In this document: positions 38,301 to 53,200 of the stretch, one piece after another
How the letters are laid out: each line of letters opens with the position of its first letter
Position numbering within the stretch: the first letter of the stretch is position 1
From: Trichoplax adhaerens
Lineage: Eukaryota > Animalia > Placozoa
Assembly: GCF_000150275.1 (NCBI RefSeq)
Contig: NW_002060960.1
Location: 62,001-126,000, forward strand
Length of the DNA stretch: 64,000 nt
Reading direction: 5' to 3'
Program-made: the position numbers and the translations under genes
The notes under the pieces: model-generated
What the model was told of the DNA's origin: nothing
Database searches by the model: none
What the model saw: only the letters and a program-made list of their open reading frames with translations

Positions 38301-41300
38301 ATATTAACTGCAAAAATATAGTAAAATATACTAACTCTTGATTTTGTACATGGTATGAATGTAAGCGATGGCGAAGATGTTTATCGAATTCCTAATTTAA
38401 AACATACAAAATATTATAACATGAAAAATAGCTATGGCATTAGTAAAGTGCAGGGATATGTTTACCTCGCCATTATGAGGTGGATCAGCGTTACCAAATG
38501 TACTGGTGACAACGAAAACAAGATTTTCGTAATCCAAATTGTTAAAGTCGTAATTCTCCAAGCAATAAATCTACCAAAAATATGGCAATACTAACCAATT
38601 TTAGGATGCCTCAAAGTTATAGAGTTTAAAATAAATTTCACAGTCGATTACATTTCAGTGAGTTTTGAGAATTGATTAGAATCAGTCCTTGATCAGAATT
38701 GGTTTTAGCAAAAACAGGTAAGCTATGAGTAATGTTTATTAATTTAACCTTTGCATCGAAAGCCAAGTCTAGTAGCTTTTTCAGCATTTTACCATATCTT
38801 TCTGATGTGCCTGTCTCCGTTGAATACAAAATGGTTGCTTTGATTCGCTTGGCAAGGGCTTTAGCCATGAGCTCTGTCGATAAACGCACCATCCTTCATT
38901 ACGCCATAAATAAAAAATCATTTTTCGATGAATAGCGTAATCAAGTCAAATAATGAAATAGTTTGAAATCAAATTTTAGCCATCTATCACATTTCGATAA
39001 ATAGCGTAACTAGGTCAAATAATCAAACAACAAGAAAATTAAATTTAGCCTTATATGTTCAATTAAAAGTGTAATTTTAGATCTTTAGTTTAATAGCAAT
39101 TGCGTTAGGAAGGAAGGATCAATTACACCACTATGTACTTTGCAATATCTTTAAATTTTCCTTCTTTGGTTTTAATTGGTGTCTTTCTGCGATGAATTTT
39201 CCATGCATCGACCTAAACAAGATATTAATTGTCTTTTATCTGGAAGGCTAAATTGCTGTTATAGTCTCCATCATTCTACGATTACTTTATGTAATATTGA
39301 TGAGACTCAAATATTCTAGTACGAACCTGATACTCTAGGCTTGGCTTAATTTTATAATTCAACATTTCCTATACAGTTCATGATCAAAATATCAGGTACA
39401 TTTAGACAGATCTAGCCTATAAATTATATACTCGTATATACTTGTACAATAATTGCTATTGGTACCATGAATTTGAGTTTGCTCAACCTGATGAAAAACT
39501 TTTGTGGCCGATCCTGATATCGGAGGAACTACCCAGACCCAATCGGCTGGACAACCACCGCGTAGTTTTTGCTATAGTAAAATAATGTAAAGCACAATTA
39601 GCTTCAACGTTGTTAATACTAGGTAACATACAATATATCGATTTGAAAATGGGATTTTTTAGCAATCGATATTATATTGAGTCATGTCTAAGTAATATCT
39701 AACCTCATTTTGTAGATGTTGCATGAAGGAATTGGATGTTGAATGATGGTCCACTAAAGTAACTCCGTGTTTCTAGATCATGTAGAGTTACCGAAAATTT
39801 GGATTACTGGTAAAGAAGTATCGGTCGAAAAGTGCAATTAACGGCGAAATTCATCTATGATAAAGCACACAATTAATAGTAGTTCTACTCTAATTTGGTA
39901 TAGTGTCTAACTAGAAAACTATGCATAACGGCGCAGTTTATTTCCACGATGGCTTTATCTCTCCATAAAGTTGTTTCCGTTCGAGTATCAAGTTTCATAC
40001 GTTGAGCCACAGGCTAAATCCGAGCATATTAAGAAATACGGATAAAATTCCATAGTTAGAATAGCAATCTGCAAAAATTATAAGTGTGGAAGATATTCAT
40101 TAAAGAGACATGATATTATTGTGCTACCTACTTTGCATAAATTATAGCGATTTTCATCACCAAAGTCTCTTGCACCGATTTCAGTTACCATATACCTGCA
40201 ATTAGTTTAAATTTAATTTTCATATAACCATTTCTTATAACCAAGGCTAACCAATTGAATCAGCAATTCTAAGTTGATGATACTTACCATCCATTAAATG
40301 GACACGCTGGGAATTCCACCCCTCCAATATCCAGCAAAAGACAAGAAACTGCAGGTAAAGCATACCATCGCAACTTGAGCTCTTCAAACCATTCATACCT
40401 AAACAGTTTCATTTTTACGTAATCAGCTTTGTGCATTCATTAACTACTCCAGAAGATGACTAAATATGTTATCTATTATTTTTTTAAAATCTCAAGAATT
40501 AGCAAGAATGATATGATATGCTACGTATTGGAATTTCATTCTGGGAGAGTATATATGTAGATCTTTACTCTGGATGAGAAATTGGCACTTCTAGAACTAA
40601 ATCCGACGGAATTTCAAATAGCTCGGGATCTTCTCCGTTAGCTTGCAAAAGAAGAGGTAGAACATCAAACATGCCACCTTTACCTTTCCATCCATATGAT
40701 TCACATATCTATTAATGTATTACAGTGATTAAATTCATTAAACTATTCCACTCTACTTCCTAATTTTGCCACAATTTCATTTTTTGCTGTGAAATATAAT
40801 TCTATTTGGGCAGACAAAAAGCAAAAACAGTCTTCTAAAGAGTCAATTAAGTTTTGAGATGAAGGATTTTCTATTGCGTAAGATAGCAGCAAATAACTAA
40901 CATCATTGGCTTATATAAGGAATTACTTTTAGGAAAACTTCGAAAAAACTAAGTGATGAACGACTATATACTGCAAATCGATATTTAGAAATTAACAATG
41001 TTTGATGTTTAAATGATACTTTTGTAAATTCGACGTTTGCTGGATCACCGATTACGGAGCCATCAGGTTGCTCATATCCAGCATAGCGAACTAACTGAAT
41101 ATTCCATACGCGAAAATCGTGCGAGTCATTAGCTCTGGGTGGGAAAATTGTCATAGCTGATCTATTGATCAAATTGTTAGGCTTAATTCAACGCATATGC
41201 AATTTATTATTTTTACGATTTGTAAAGAGATACAATATACAAAATTAAAGCTGAAATCTTGAGTAAAGTTGATATAGAGTTTCTAAAACTATTGTGAGAT

Positions 41301-43255
41301 GGCAAACATTCTATTCTTGAAGCAAATAATGTCTTTTTTCTCTTTCTACTTAAGAAGAATCCAACAAAACTTTTATAATTTAGGCCTATCAAGTACGATA
41401 TCTATCCTATTAACCTTAAGTTTCCATTATTAGTACCATACTTCAAATGGCTAATAATTGCATCATACATGTCTGTTGCAGTAACTGCATCTCTGGCATC
41501 AAAAATCTAAACATTAAAAGACGGTTATAGCAAATAACTCGGGTGTCTCATTAGCTTTACTTTAATTATTAATTGTAGATAGTAAAGGTCCAAATCATCA
41601 ACAGCATCCAACATGCAGATCTTAACATCATATCTTGCTAATATCAATAATATGAATCGATGATGCTAGCCTAGTAACATTAAATTTATAGCTGTGGTCT
41701 CTAATCTAGATTTCGACTAGATAAATTGGTATCTGAATCTATTCTGTCGGTTTATTATCTTTATAATAATTTTTGTAATGTTTCTAATATCTATGGTATG
41801 CTTACCTTCAGTCTCAACTGTCAACCTAAAGAATTACTTGTATTGGTAAGAAAATACTCACGTGTAAATTGGACCACTGAATTCGGCCAATGCACCTGGA
41901 AGCATTACGCCAAGATAACCGAGCACCATATGTTAATTCTTGTTCAGTTAGGTCGTATAAGCCCTTTGCCTGAATTTCTTCGATAACATCAGCTTTGCGT
42001 TTCAGATGGGCTTCACTACCTTCCCTAAAGAATGAAGAAATGGAGATGGAGTTTAAATTAAGTTAATATATGCAATGCTTACTATTACGCGAAGTCATAT
42101 TGTCTATCCATATGTACTCTTATTAGCTAATTTTGCGTAAATAAAATCAGTAAGGTGCATAGGACCATTGTATTATAGAAGAAAGCGAAGAATACTAGGT
42201 CCAATATTTGCCTCGACTTATAAAACAAGCCATGAATTAAAAATTCAAGCCCTTAAAATAACAGTGATCGTAAACAGAGGAACAAGTTGATGCATGATCT
42301 TTTATAACTAGAAAGATTGCTAGAAATAAGCTGTGATTTATACAATAGATGATTGATGTAAATCTATCTCACTAGAATATAAGCGCCGATTACTTTCGTA
42401 TAGAGGCATAATATTCTTGTAGGAATTCTGTTGCCTCCTTAATAACTAATTCCTTGGGTTTCAGACCATTTTCTCGCTTTATTTTTTCGGGAATTTGCAT
42501 TAGTGATCCTAAACATCTTTTACCAGTACAGCTCGGAATCTACACAAAAACAAAATTTATGCTGGTAATATAGATCGAAATATCTCTTAAGCTGTAGTAT
42601 AGCGTAGTCATGCGAATTAATTACTCTTGCCGTAGTGATACAAATTTAAATAATAAGATCTGTCAGCTCTTCTCAAGCTGAAGAAAGATAGAATGACAAT
42701 ACTACGACCAAAGTTGTGCTAAAAATGTCACAAAATGTATTTGAAACTTTCATGCATCTAAGAATTACCTATCAAAGATAGTATTGAATAATGACAATAT
42801 TAAAACTAGAGATGCAATGAGAATAACATTAACTCTTGCGTTATTATCATTATTAAAGTCTAGGAAACTCCTAGTTCTTGCCATAATACGCTGATGTCCT
42901 TAAGTCTTATTTACCGAAAAGATAATTATTGCCTTTTTATTGAGTACTAACTCATTCGTAAGTCCAAATTTTTAAGTATATTGTCATATACTCATCCGTA
43001 TTAATAAAAAAAATATTTATTAGTTTACGTAGTTCGTATGTAGTAGATTACTATTTAGAACTTTTTAAATCATTATAAATCCGGTATCTGCTACAGAAGT
43101 ATAAAATTATAATCAAAATAAATCAAATTTGATGAGATACTAACTGTAGTTGCTCGCTGATGAAAGGTGTCGGTGGTTTGCTCAGTTGTTATTAAATTTT
43201 GTAAACGCATGAAGGTTTGTCCTTCCAAATTAGGCACTGCAGATTGGCTATCCAT
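32304..43255 (-). CDS. NOS: Nitric oxide synthase (oxygenase + CaM-binding + FMN/FAD/NADPH reductase), ~33-34 exons, no PDZ seen
   Basis: Zn motif CTGKRCLGS; heme motif [13 protein letters not shown]; [15 protein letters not shown]; [13 protein letters not shown]; CaM site [16 protein letters not shown]; FMN motifs [15 protein letters not shown] and YSVFALGS; RYYSISSS; [14 protein letters not shown]; YFGCR; [10 protein letters not shown]; RYHEDIFG. The 3' end is either 33004 or 32304, depending on use of the last donor. Confidence 0.97.
32640..33010. repeat. Two-copy degenerate tandem duplication, ~215-bp period
   Basis: CAA.GTT.CAATTTT.CTC..TGCTTCATTTT...TTCATATTTACTC.CT...TC.GC.GTTTAGTT.AAATT...GCTAC occurs at ~32650-32800 and ~32860-33008. 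Confidence 0.8.
38922..39050. repeat. ~70-bp tandem duplication in a NOS intron
   Basis: TTTCGAT.AATAGCGTAA..A.GTCAAATAAT.AAA...TTTAGCC occurs twice. Confidence 0.75.
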
Positions 43256-46200
43256 ATCTAAGATCTTATATCATTCAAAAAGAAATAATTTAGTGATACA
43301 AATAAGAAGTATTTTAATAATATTAGAAGACAGCGTATGCAGTATAATACCATTAAAAGTGATTTTCATCAATCTATTGAACTATAGTATAGCAAACTGC
43401 ATCAATTACTCCGTGAGGTTGTAAATATGTTTTATACTAGGTATGTATCGTTAAATTAAGAAGTTAATGATATTTGCTACGAATCAGACAATCATTATTT
43501 GTCTACTACATAAATTTAGAATCATCTTATTAAAGAATTTTAATTTAATTACAAAAGAATTGAATACCAATAATAACTAGTTTACTATCAACTGCCGACG
43601 GCAGATATTGCTTACATTGCGTAGAATTTATTATATTACTTGCACTTTGAACTTTCAAAGATGTAAAAAAATTATAATAATAACAGCAGAGATACATGGC
43701 ATACGTTAGTATAGCAAGCATCTTTTTGATACTAGACCTAAATTTCTTATTTTAATATGGGAATTCGGGACTGTGTATCTCTAATGTTTTCGTTTGATAT
43801 CAAAAAATTTTCTTAAGTACCTCAGGAATATTTATTTTATATTTTTCTCGAACAGTGTGCTGCAAGGAGCTTAAGTAAACAACTAAGCAGTGATGTTAAT
43901 TTCAGAGCTATAAATTCATGTAGTGTAACTAAGTTTTACTGGACTCATTGAAGACCGTCAAATCTTCCAATTCTTATTGATATCCATCCTTTTCTAAATG
44001 ATTTTACTTATAAGAAGTTGATATTCTTGTCCAATCATGTGACTAGCTAGCACTAATGAATCAAAATCTACTTTTATCAGCATTATTCTTCACTGAATTA
44101 GAGTTTCAAAGTACATCTTATTAATTAAAACCAGGCAACAGGTACACTTGGTAAGAAAATATATAAAGACCTTAAACTTTAAAGGATCGCAAAGAAAAAT
44201 TATATTAATCATACTGCTTTCCACGCTATCCTATTCTACAACTTGTATTTATATCTAATCTATTAATACATTTAAATATTTAATGCATTCGTATAATGCA
44301 ATGAAATAGGATATAATATACAGAAATCATATTTCTTTAATAACGCAGTAGATAAAGTTTGCTTTTAAATCAGACTAAACAAATATTGCTCATACATTAC
44401 TAAGTAAATATAAAAAATGTCGATATTTGCTTACGTTCACAACCAAAGGAAAATTGCAAATAGGACCGAAATAAAAGTAACGATTCACCCTATCCTCTTC
44501 AATCAGGAGAAGCCAACGATTAGGCGACAAATGGTACCTGATCATTCGCTAATGCTAACCCCTGAGTAAAAATTTGATCCATAAGTTCACTTAATTCAAT
44601 TATACAGCATTCTAAAAGATATTTGTAGCAGCCCATATTGGTTTCATGAATGCCAAGTACTATCTTCAAAGCTAAAGCATTGGTATTATAATTCCATGCA
44701 TCATATACTCCTTATTATCCTTCAGACAAATACTCAAGAGCACTATATACAAGTTTCCAGATTTAGCTGAGGTGTCTTGCAAGTTTTAAGTAGAAATCCA
44801 TTCAGTATGATGTAATAGTTAATCGAATTTACAAAGAATAACAACTTACACGAATCATAACAATTTTTCTCGATGAAAATCACAAATGCCTGTGGTTACC
44901 CGTAAAATATAATATTTGGCCTCAGATAATTAAATTATTACATCGTTATGCAGTGGTAATTAAAGATATTGATCTATATCCGTCAAGTTATTAATGCTAT
45001 TGATATAGCAATGATTAATTTAAATTAATTTTCCGAAAACGTATGCTACCGTTCGTGAGCAACTACAAGAAAAAGGATACATCAGCCAATTAAAGACATA
45101 TCATCCAGATATCCAAAATATGTATGATTAAAATTATTCATTTAACTTATGATTAATGACAAACGTACGTATTTAGTAATGAAAATGTACAGGTAATAGA
45201 GATATGCCGTATGTGCTTTTTATTGAATTATTCTGGAGATGCGTATATACCCAGATTTAACGGTTATTATTCTATATATTGGATGTATGGTGGAAATAAC
45301 TGTTACATACCAATAAATTGGGAGTTGCTATTTACAATAGTTATTAAATTACAGTATTCCTAACGTGCGCAGAAATCAAAATTTAAAGGTAAAAAATGAT
45401 TTAGGTTTACCTTTATAAACGCATTCACTTCAATTTTATTCTATTGATGCTATATTATCAATTGACTATCAAAATTTTTCATGAGTTCCAATATTAGCAA
45501 TGAAATGCGGATGTTATTCTCTGGTTGCTATCATCATTTGCATAAATAGTTTTATTAGCTTCTTATTGATGCTAACTAAATTACTAAAGTAGGAAGGTAA
45601 AGCAGCTATTTCGAAGCCATAAATTTTTAAAATCGTCGCATATATGCCTTCTAATATTAAACTTTCTCTTCCATCCGAAATATTTTACGATTAGCTTGAG
45701 CGCATTCATGCACACCAAGCACACTATACAACGATTGTTAATAATTAATCATATATGATAAAGTCTTAATATTTCTACCTTCAGTTATAATAAATTAAAA
45801 GGCTGCTATAGTAAGGTACCAAATCTTTAATGTCATTCAAATGCATGAAGTATTTAAAAAAAATAGTATGCGACGATCTGTTCATGCTACATAGAACAAG
45901 CTACGTGAGAGCCCAATTATCAACATATTGACTATTTAGCAGACGCTACTAGCAGAACATAAGCTCTCTATTTCAAGTATTTCTATCGTAAAATTTCTAT
46001 TTGTTAATTAAATTAAAAACTGAAATTAGAATAAATTAAAATACTTATAAAACATTGCTCGTAAGCATCCCCTGCACGGTAAATTTAATACACGCCAAAC
46101 AGCTAAAAAGATACTAGTTTAGGATAATTATATAATAGATGATATGCTAAGAAGGCGATGCTTCTATATCAAGGATACTGTAGTTATAATACAGCTATGA

Positions 46201-47294
46201 AGACAGAAATGTACCGTTAATAAGAATACAAATCTGCCTTCAACTGGAATAGAGTTAGAAGTTTTTTGGTAATTTTATTCATACTCTATCGTAGAAGTGG
46301 ATTGTGGTCTGTTCAAATAGAAAGGCGCAAAAAAATTTGGGTCAGGGTGCTTAAATCAGAAGTATTATTGATCTTATTTTAATAAAATAAATTTATATAT
46401 ATCATATATCGGATGCAACCTGTTACATCTTTTGTCGTATAAATTTATGTAGCTTAAGCGGAGGTTAGCGATAAATAAACTGGAAGTAGCATATTGTATT
46501 ACGGTGTGAATTACTAAAGGCAGATTACCGCAGATCATTAAGCATCTCTGCTCGTGGTTTTACAGCCATACCCAACTGCAGAATATAGCCCATGCATCTA
46601 CGAAAACCAATACTTGCAAACAGCTAAGATAGATTGTAAACTGATATTAGTAACTACATAAAGTTAATAACGTTATTAAAAAAATAAATAATTTCTTATA
46701 CTTGCATAGATGAATGTTTATTTTTATATAACTTATAAAATTTCGTATTTTAATCTAAATTTGGAAACAAATCAAGCATTTATCATCTGCAGATTTTATC
46801 ACAATTTATCAAAGTCAAAACTATCGATTATCAAATGCATTAGTTTCTAGCAATATCTGATATCTTCTCCAATTCTAACGTTGTTTTTTATTTAGCTTTA
46901 CTTTAAAAATATAATTAAAATTCGTCTCCATTGGAGCAATAAAAGTATATAAGCTGCATTTCCTGATTGTCGAACACAATTATCTACAGCAGATCCTGCT
47001 ACATGAAACGACTTTATTCAGTTTCGAATAAAGTGGAAATTTCATATTTTTTTCTACTTTTAATATATTAATCACCCACATACTGTAAATAATAAATAAA
47101 TCTTCATCTTTACAGCATTAAATTCAAGTAATATCCTCTCACTTACTCATTGCGACTAGAAATTAATCCCAAAATTACGAAACCTAAACTAGAGACTTAA
47201 ATCTAGTAGTTTTCACCATTTTAACAGCAATTGATGAAGATAATGACTTTTTGCTCATTTTTGCCATCAAAATGACTATCACACGAAGTCAAAT

Positions 47295-50200
47295 CTATTC
47301 TTTATCGTCTATAACTCGAGGGTTAGATTGCCCATCGACGGTTAGGTCTTCATTTATATTATCATAAATAAGTTGTCCCTTATTTAATGGACAATCAGGA
47401 ATACTTAATGTTTTCATAGGCAATGATGAAGATTGATCGTGTTTATCCTCAATTGTAGCTGGAGCTTCTATTACTGCCGAATCTGAATACATAAATGGCC
47501 TTGCATCAGATGTAGATATATTAATGGTTACTTTAGCAGTTTCCACATTGTGACTGCAGCAAAATGAAATAAATAAACAGTAAATTAATTTTGTTGCATT
47601 TTAAAGGCATTCGAACATATCTCATATAACACGACATTGAAGCGATTTTTTCAAATGAACAATATTTTGCAGCAAATGAATAAAATTTAGGAACACTTTT
47701 AAAGGTTATTTGTAATTTGATATATAAATTGTTGAGTGCTATTCTTTACCTAACAGTTTCCCGACTAATTTTTGGTCTTTTAAGACGATTCTTATACTTT
47801 CTGTAAGCCTCTCTAACCTGTAACATTAATCATTTAGAAATTTTTGATATAAAAGTAAAGATAGCAAAAGGGTAGATAGCTAGAGCTGCATCTAGATTGA
47901 AAGCTAAAATCAGCTTTAATTTTAATTTTAAATAAAATATTGGGTATAGCATCCTACGTAACAAACTTAAATTAGCTACATAAAATAGAGTGCGCTTAAT
48001 ATAGTCAGCTTTTAATAAAGAGTCAATCAAATTATGAGGATATTTCCTTTATGAGAAATATTGTAAGTATTTCTTATTGCCAATAGGCAGCAAAGTAAAG
48101 GCTACTTATTTTAGAAAACTTCTCGCCAATTTGAATAACTCCCAGTGAATGAAATGCCTACCTTTCGATTATATAAACAGTACATGCCAAAGATATATAG
48201 TCCCTAGTTATGTTTTATTATGTAGGATATAATAGAAACAAAACGATCCTGATCAATATCTTTTTATAATAAAGAGTACATATATTGAAGGTAATGATTG
48301 CTATTAACTAATTTCCATTACCTGTGACGAATTCAAAATAGCAAATCCATATTGTACAAAGAGACTGTCAGTCCACATTAAAATACAGCCAAAAGACCAA
48401 GTTAAGCCCAAGATAGGAGCAAGAACGCTTAATCCTCTTAACGTAACCCTAATGCAGATTGATATATCAAGTTCAACCTTCCTGCAATTTTTCGAAATTA
48501 TGCTAGCACAAAATGATTCATGAAATCAATATCCAACTTCGCTTTAAGTAAATCACTCGCTTGCTGTGACACTCTTTTAGTATTCAACATGGTATGAATG
48601 GCCACAACGCAAAAAATAAGATTGATCTAGTTAATAATTTAAAGTTACGTTCAATATATAATAAGAATATGCGTAAAAAATTAAGCGAAATTTTTAACCC
48701 ATTTTAACAGGCTATATGAATTATAAACAAGAATTTAAGCGATACAAACTTGATCAAGAAATATCATATCTTACTGTAAAAACAAGTGCTAATGGAACGA
48801 CAAAGGCTAAAATAATCCAATTTCTTCCAGATATCCAACACCTGTAGCAGTGCAGAAAATCATAAAGGAATCAGTTAATTATATTCGTACAATCCAATTT
48901 GTATGATGTAAAATTACGGAAATAAAATATAAATTATTACTACTACTGTACTGTAGACTTATATTTCTATACCCTTGTGAACTTAAATAAAATTTAATTC
49001 CTTTTATACCACAAACGATTGCTGCGGTTGTGCCAGATATTAGAGCTGGAATTCCTGCATAATTAAACAAAAAACAATTCAAGTTTTAGAGAAAGACCCA
49101 ATATCCATTTCCTTGATTTATTTTAATAATAAATTTAGCGCTACCAACCTAAAGACGCTGAGTAATAGTAAAGGAAATTTTCCCGAACATCAAAGACTTT
49201 TACAAGGAAGAGGTAGATATGAATGCCTTCCATTAACATCCACATGAATGAGGTTAAAAGTGAAAAGTGCAGCAAGCTTGCTAATGTGGTGCATAGAACC
49301 TATCAAATATGGGTAGAAAACGATAGTATCAATACATAATTACTAGTTGATAAATTCTACTTTATTTGGTTTTTCAGATAAATTAGTCTTGTAATCTATA
49401 ATTAAAGAATGTGCAATTTGCTGTCTAGCTACCGGTTGTACAGACAAAAATTTTAAATACTCGATTACTAGGTAAAGAATAAATCATCATTTCAAAAGAT
49501 CAAATTTCAATGAATGAGACTTTATAAGACACACTTTCTAAGCATTATTAATAATAATAGCAAGATTCCAATTAAGTGCTAAGCGCTTTTAAGCGCACGC
49601 TTAGTGAATTAATTATCGAATTATGAAGATGGATAAAAGAGGTATAGATTAACTCATATGAGCAACTCTAACAATATTTGTCAATTTAAAAAATTTTCAA
49701 ATACTGTATAACCACTTCAAATATTAATTCTCTTTTCTAAACGTTGAATCCTCTTGAATGAGATTTATAAGACATACTGTCTAATTAATATTTATAATAA
49801 CCATTTGCAATTGGATTCTAAAAGATGCAGAAATCTAGATTGACCTATATGGGAATTTTAGCATTATACGATAATTTTAGAATCTTAATTTTAAACTTTA
49901 ATAGGATTCAATTAGTAAAGTTAAATGAAGCTGATGGACTAATAAAATGTATATATATATATATATGCAAAAGTAATGGGTCATCGAGTATCGGTAAACA
50001 AATCAGTACAAATCAAAGTGGCTTTATTAAAAAAGAATAAATCAGAAGCTGAAATTACCATTACACTTTTAGCTAGATCGATCAAGATCATAATTAGGTT
50101 GGATACCAACAACCATGAGAACAGATTTAAGTGAATTTTGTTAGTAGAATTTTTTAAATATCTATAACAAGATAAAAAATCCAATACTAAATCAGTAATT

Positions 50201-53200
50201 ACACTACAATCGAATGGCATCTAATTGACTATATTAAGGTAATTTATTTCTAACTTTATAACTAACTTTCCATATGTCAACTCAATAAAATTATGCATCT
50301 ACATATACATTAAACTAGAATTAATTTACTTCCACAAAATGGCATAAGCTGCTATAGTCAAAGCTAAGCCAATAACCGATAAGCCACAGCCAATATACGT
50401 AATAATTTCTAGAGATCGACTTACAGAAGCACTAAGCTAGAAGACAACAAATAGCAAATTTTTGTTGAATAATTTTTTAGCTTCTGGTATACAATATTCA
50501 ACTTAACACAATAGCCAATTTCTATTTATAAAAATGCAATAGAGACAGCTGTAAGCTGTATAAGCTGTGTCTCTAAACCATGGCAATATTTAATAGTAAA
50601 TGTAAAATCTCAGCTACTTGTTTCATATCTTTGAAGCACTTTTAATCTTGAGAGATTTTAGCAATCAAATAATGGCTTGCTATTAAAATACAAATTATAT
50701 TCAAACGCTTACATACATCCACCGCAGAACTGTATATTATATAAGGTATATCCGTAAATGACGGCAATATACGTATAGTAAATGTGAAACCTCAGCTATT
50801 GATTCTACTTGTCAACATTTCAATACATTTCTAAAGTGCCCGGGCAGTTTGCAAAATGACCGACTTCGCATACGGTCACGTTCAATTCTACCAAACGACT
50901 AGCTGACATTATTTAAAATATGTCGAAAGCGCTTAATGTATTAAATGCACATCAACTTCGAAATACTCGTACTAGTTTGTGATTAGGTATTAAAAAAAAT
51001 ATGAGGATGCTTTTGCAATACGTATTCCGTGTCCTCGTTCATCAAGACCAGGCTAAATTAATTTACCTTATTCTCCGATAATCTCATCAACACGGCGAAA
51101 TTGGTTAAATGGTCGCATTCACAAACTACAAAGGTTTCATTAGAATATGTTGAATAGCACCCTTGACTAGACCAAGCGCCACCTAGATGCGTCCTGTCCA
51201 GTTAACGATAAGATTTATGTTCTACATCCATCTGTTACATTAATCAATGTGATATTTTGCTATCTAAGCCGCTAAAATTTCTTCAAATATGTGAATTAAT
51301 TATCGTTTACTTACTCAATAGAAAAATCCCAGAAAGCACAGGTAAAGTTATTGCTCGCAGAATACATACGGCGATCGTATTTCAACTAACAAAATGAAAA
51401 AACAAGAAAAAATTCCATAAGAATAAAGGTGTAATGTTTTATAACAGATAGCATCAATATTATAAAGCATCATAGTGAGTAATAGAGCATAGGTTATCAT
51501 TAATTTTGTAAGCAGATATTCTAAGTTCGTATACGTTATCTGCTGCAGTTTTCCGGAGTATGTACTTCAAAGGTTCATTTAGATTCTGTTTAAGAGGCGG
51601 ATATAATGATGTCGAAATAATTTTTGTTTGTGGAATCCATGAACCAAACGATGACTGAGGATTTAAATAACTAAAAATTAAAAATCTTTACTTATATGAT
51701 TACAGAAATCATTTGACACGAATTTAACTTTTATTAATAAAGTGAAATATTCCATTCCACTTTAGAATTATATGAGTAATGTACTACATGACTAACCGAT
51801 TAAATTTCCCAAAAAAATACCTTATACTCTGAGAAACATCGTTTGGTATGATGTCGTTGAGAGTTTTATAAATGATGCTTACGGCTTTAACTTTGGTTGA
51901 TGATTTATAGCCTAGAGTAGTATGTCACGAATAATCTGCATCAATACTGAAGTCATAGTATTTACCATAATTATGATCCCATAATATAATTATTGCTTAT
52001 CGATCTCTAAGTGTACCCAAAAAGGCACTTGGTGGAAGTATAATTAGATTGTCCTGCAACCAGTCTGCTGTTTTATTTATAGGCAAGGCAGTACCATTAG
52101 GATAAATACTGTTAATCGTACTGGGAAACTGGTAAGCTTGCTGCGTATCTTGAAAGATTTGATTAATTTCGACAACTAGGCAAAAGACGTTACACATATT
52201 TAATTTAGGTTTTAGTACACCGTATGAAGCATTAAAAATGGATCAAGAAACTGAACGTAGCCTGTCATTAGTAAAAAATCAACCTATATTGCCAGTAGTG
52301 ACGATAACAGAGTCATTATCTAAGCCCACTCGACTGCAATAGTTGTCAAGAATTTGATTTAATTTTGTAGTCCCGGATTCCGTCTATAGAAAGATCAATC
52401 TATTTAAAATCTGTTATGATCGATATTAGATCATTTATCTTTGCCACTAAGGCATTGAAAACCTAGCTATAAGTAATAGAATTATTAGTCTATAGTATAC
52501 CTGCTGTATGGCTAACCACTGGTTCCTATTTTTAATCTCCATTAAATTACTTCCGGTTTTTATAAATTCCTTGAAAAGCATTATAGTTGAATCTCGTTAT
52601 GGAATTAATGAATCCAATACACTGCAATTACTATTATAAAGACTTCGTTTATATACTTGATCAATATATCTAAACTAGTAGATTAAAAGTACGGTAGGCA
52701 AATATGAATTATGTTCGCAGACCTGCTATTGAAAATGTATGATGTTGAGTGCTCTTAAAAAAAGGAATTTTGGGCCAGAATAAAATTATCTACATATTGT
52801 TCTCATACTGCATTACCAATATTTAAAAACATCGATAACAAAATATGAACTATTTTCTCTGACAGTTTGTGATATATACCGATCACGAAATTCCAAATTT
52901 TAGAAAAATAAGGGCTATATTGAATCTTATACAAAGATTAACTACACACAGCTCCACTCTAACCGAATACTACTACTAAAGACTTCTACAAGGAACTAAC
53001 AGAATAATCTAAAGTTGCATGCTTTTATATTTTTCGTAGCATTCGCAGCTATAATCCGCATGGCAACCTTTTACCTTATTTTACACATAATAAAATTATT
53101 CTTAGTAACACTATTCTACCGCGGACCATCATTAATCTGATATGGATACGACTACAGTATTTACGCAGACATTATTCTCTTCAGCCAAAGTATAATGAAT

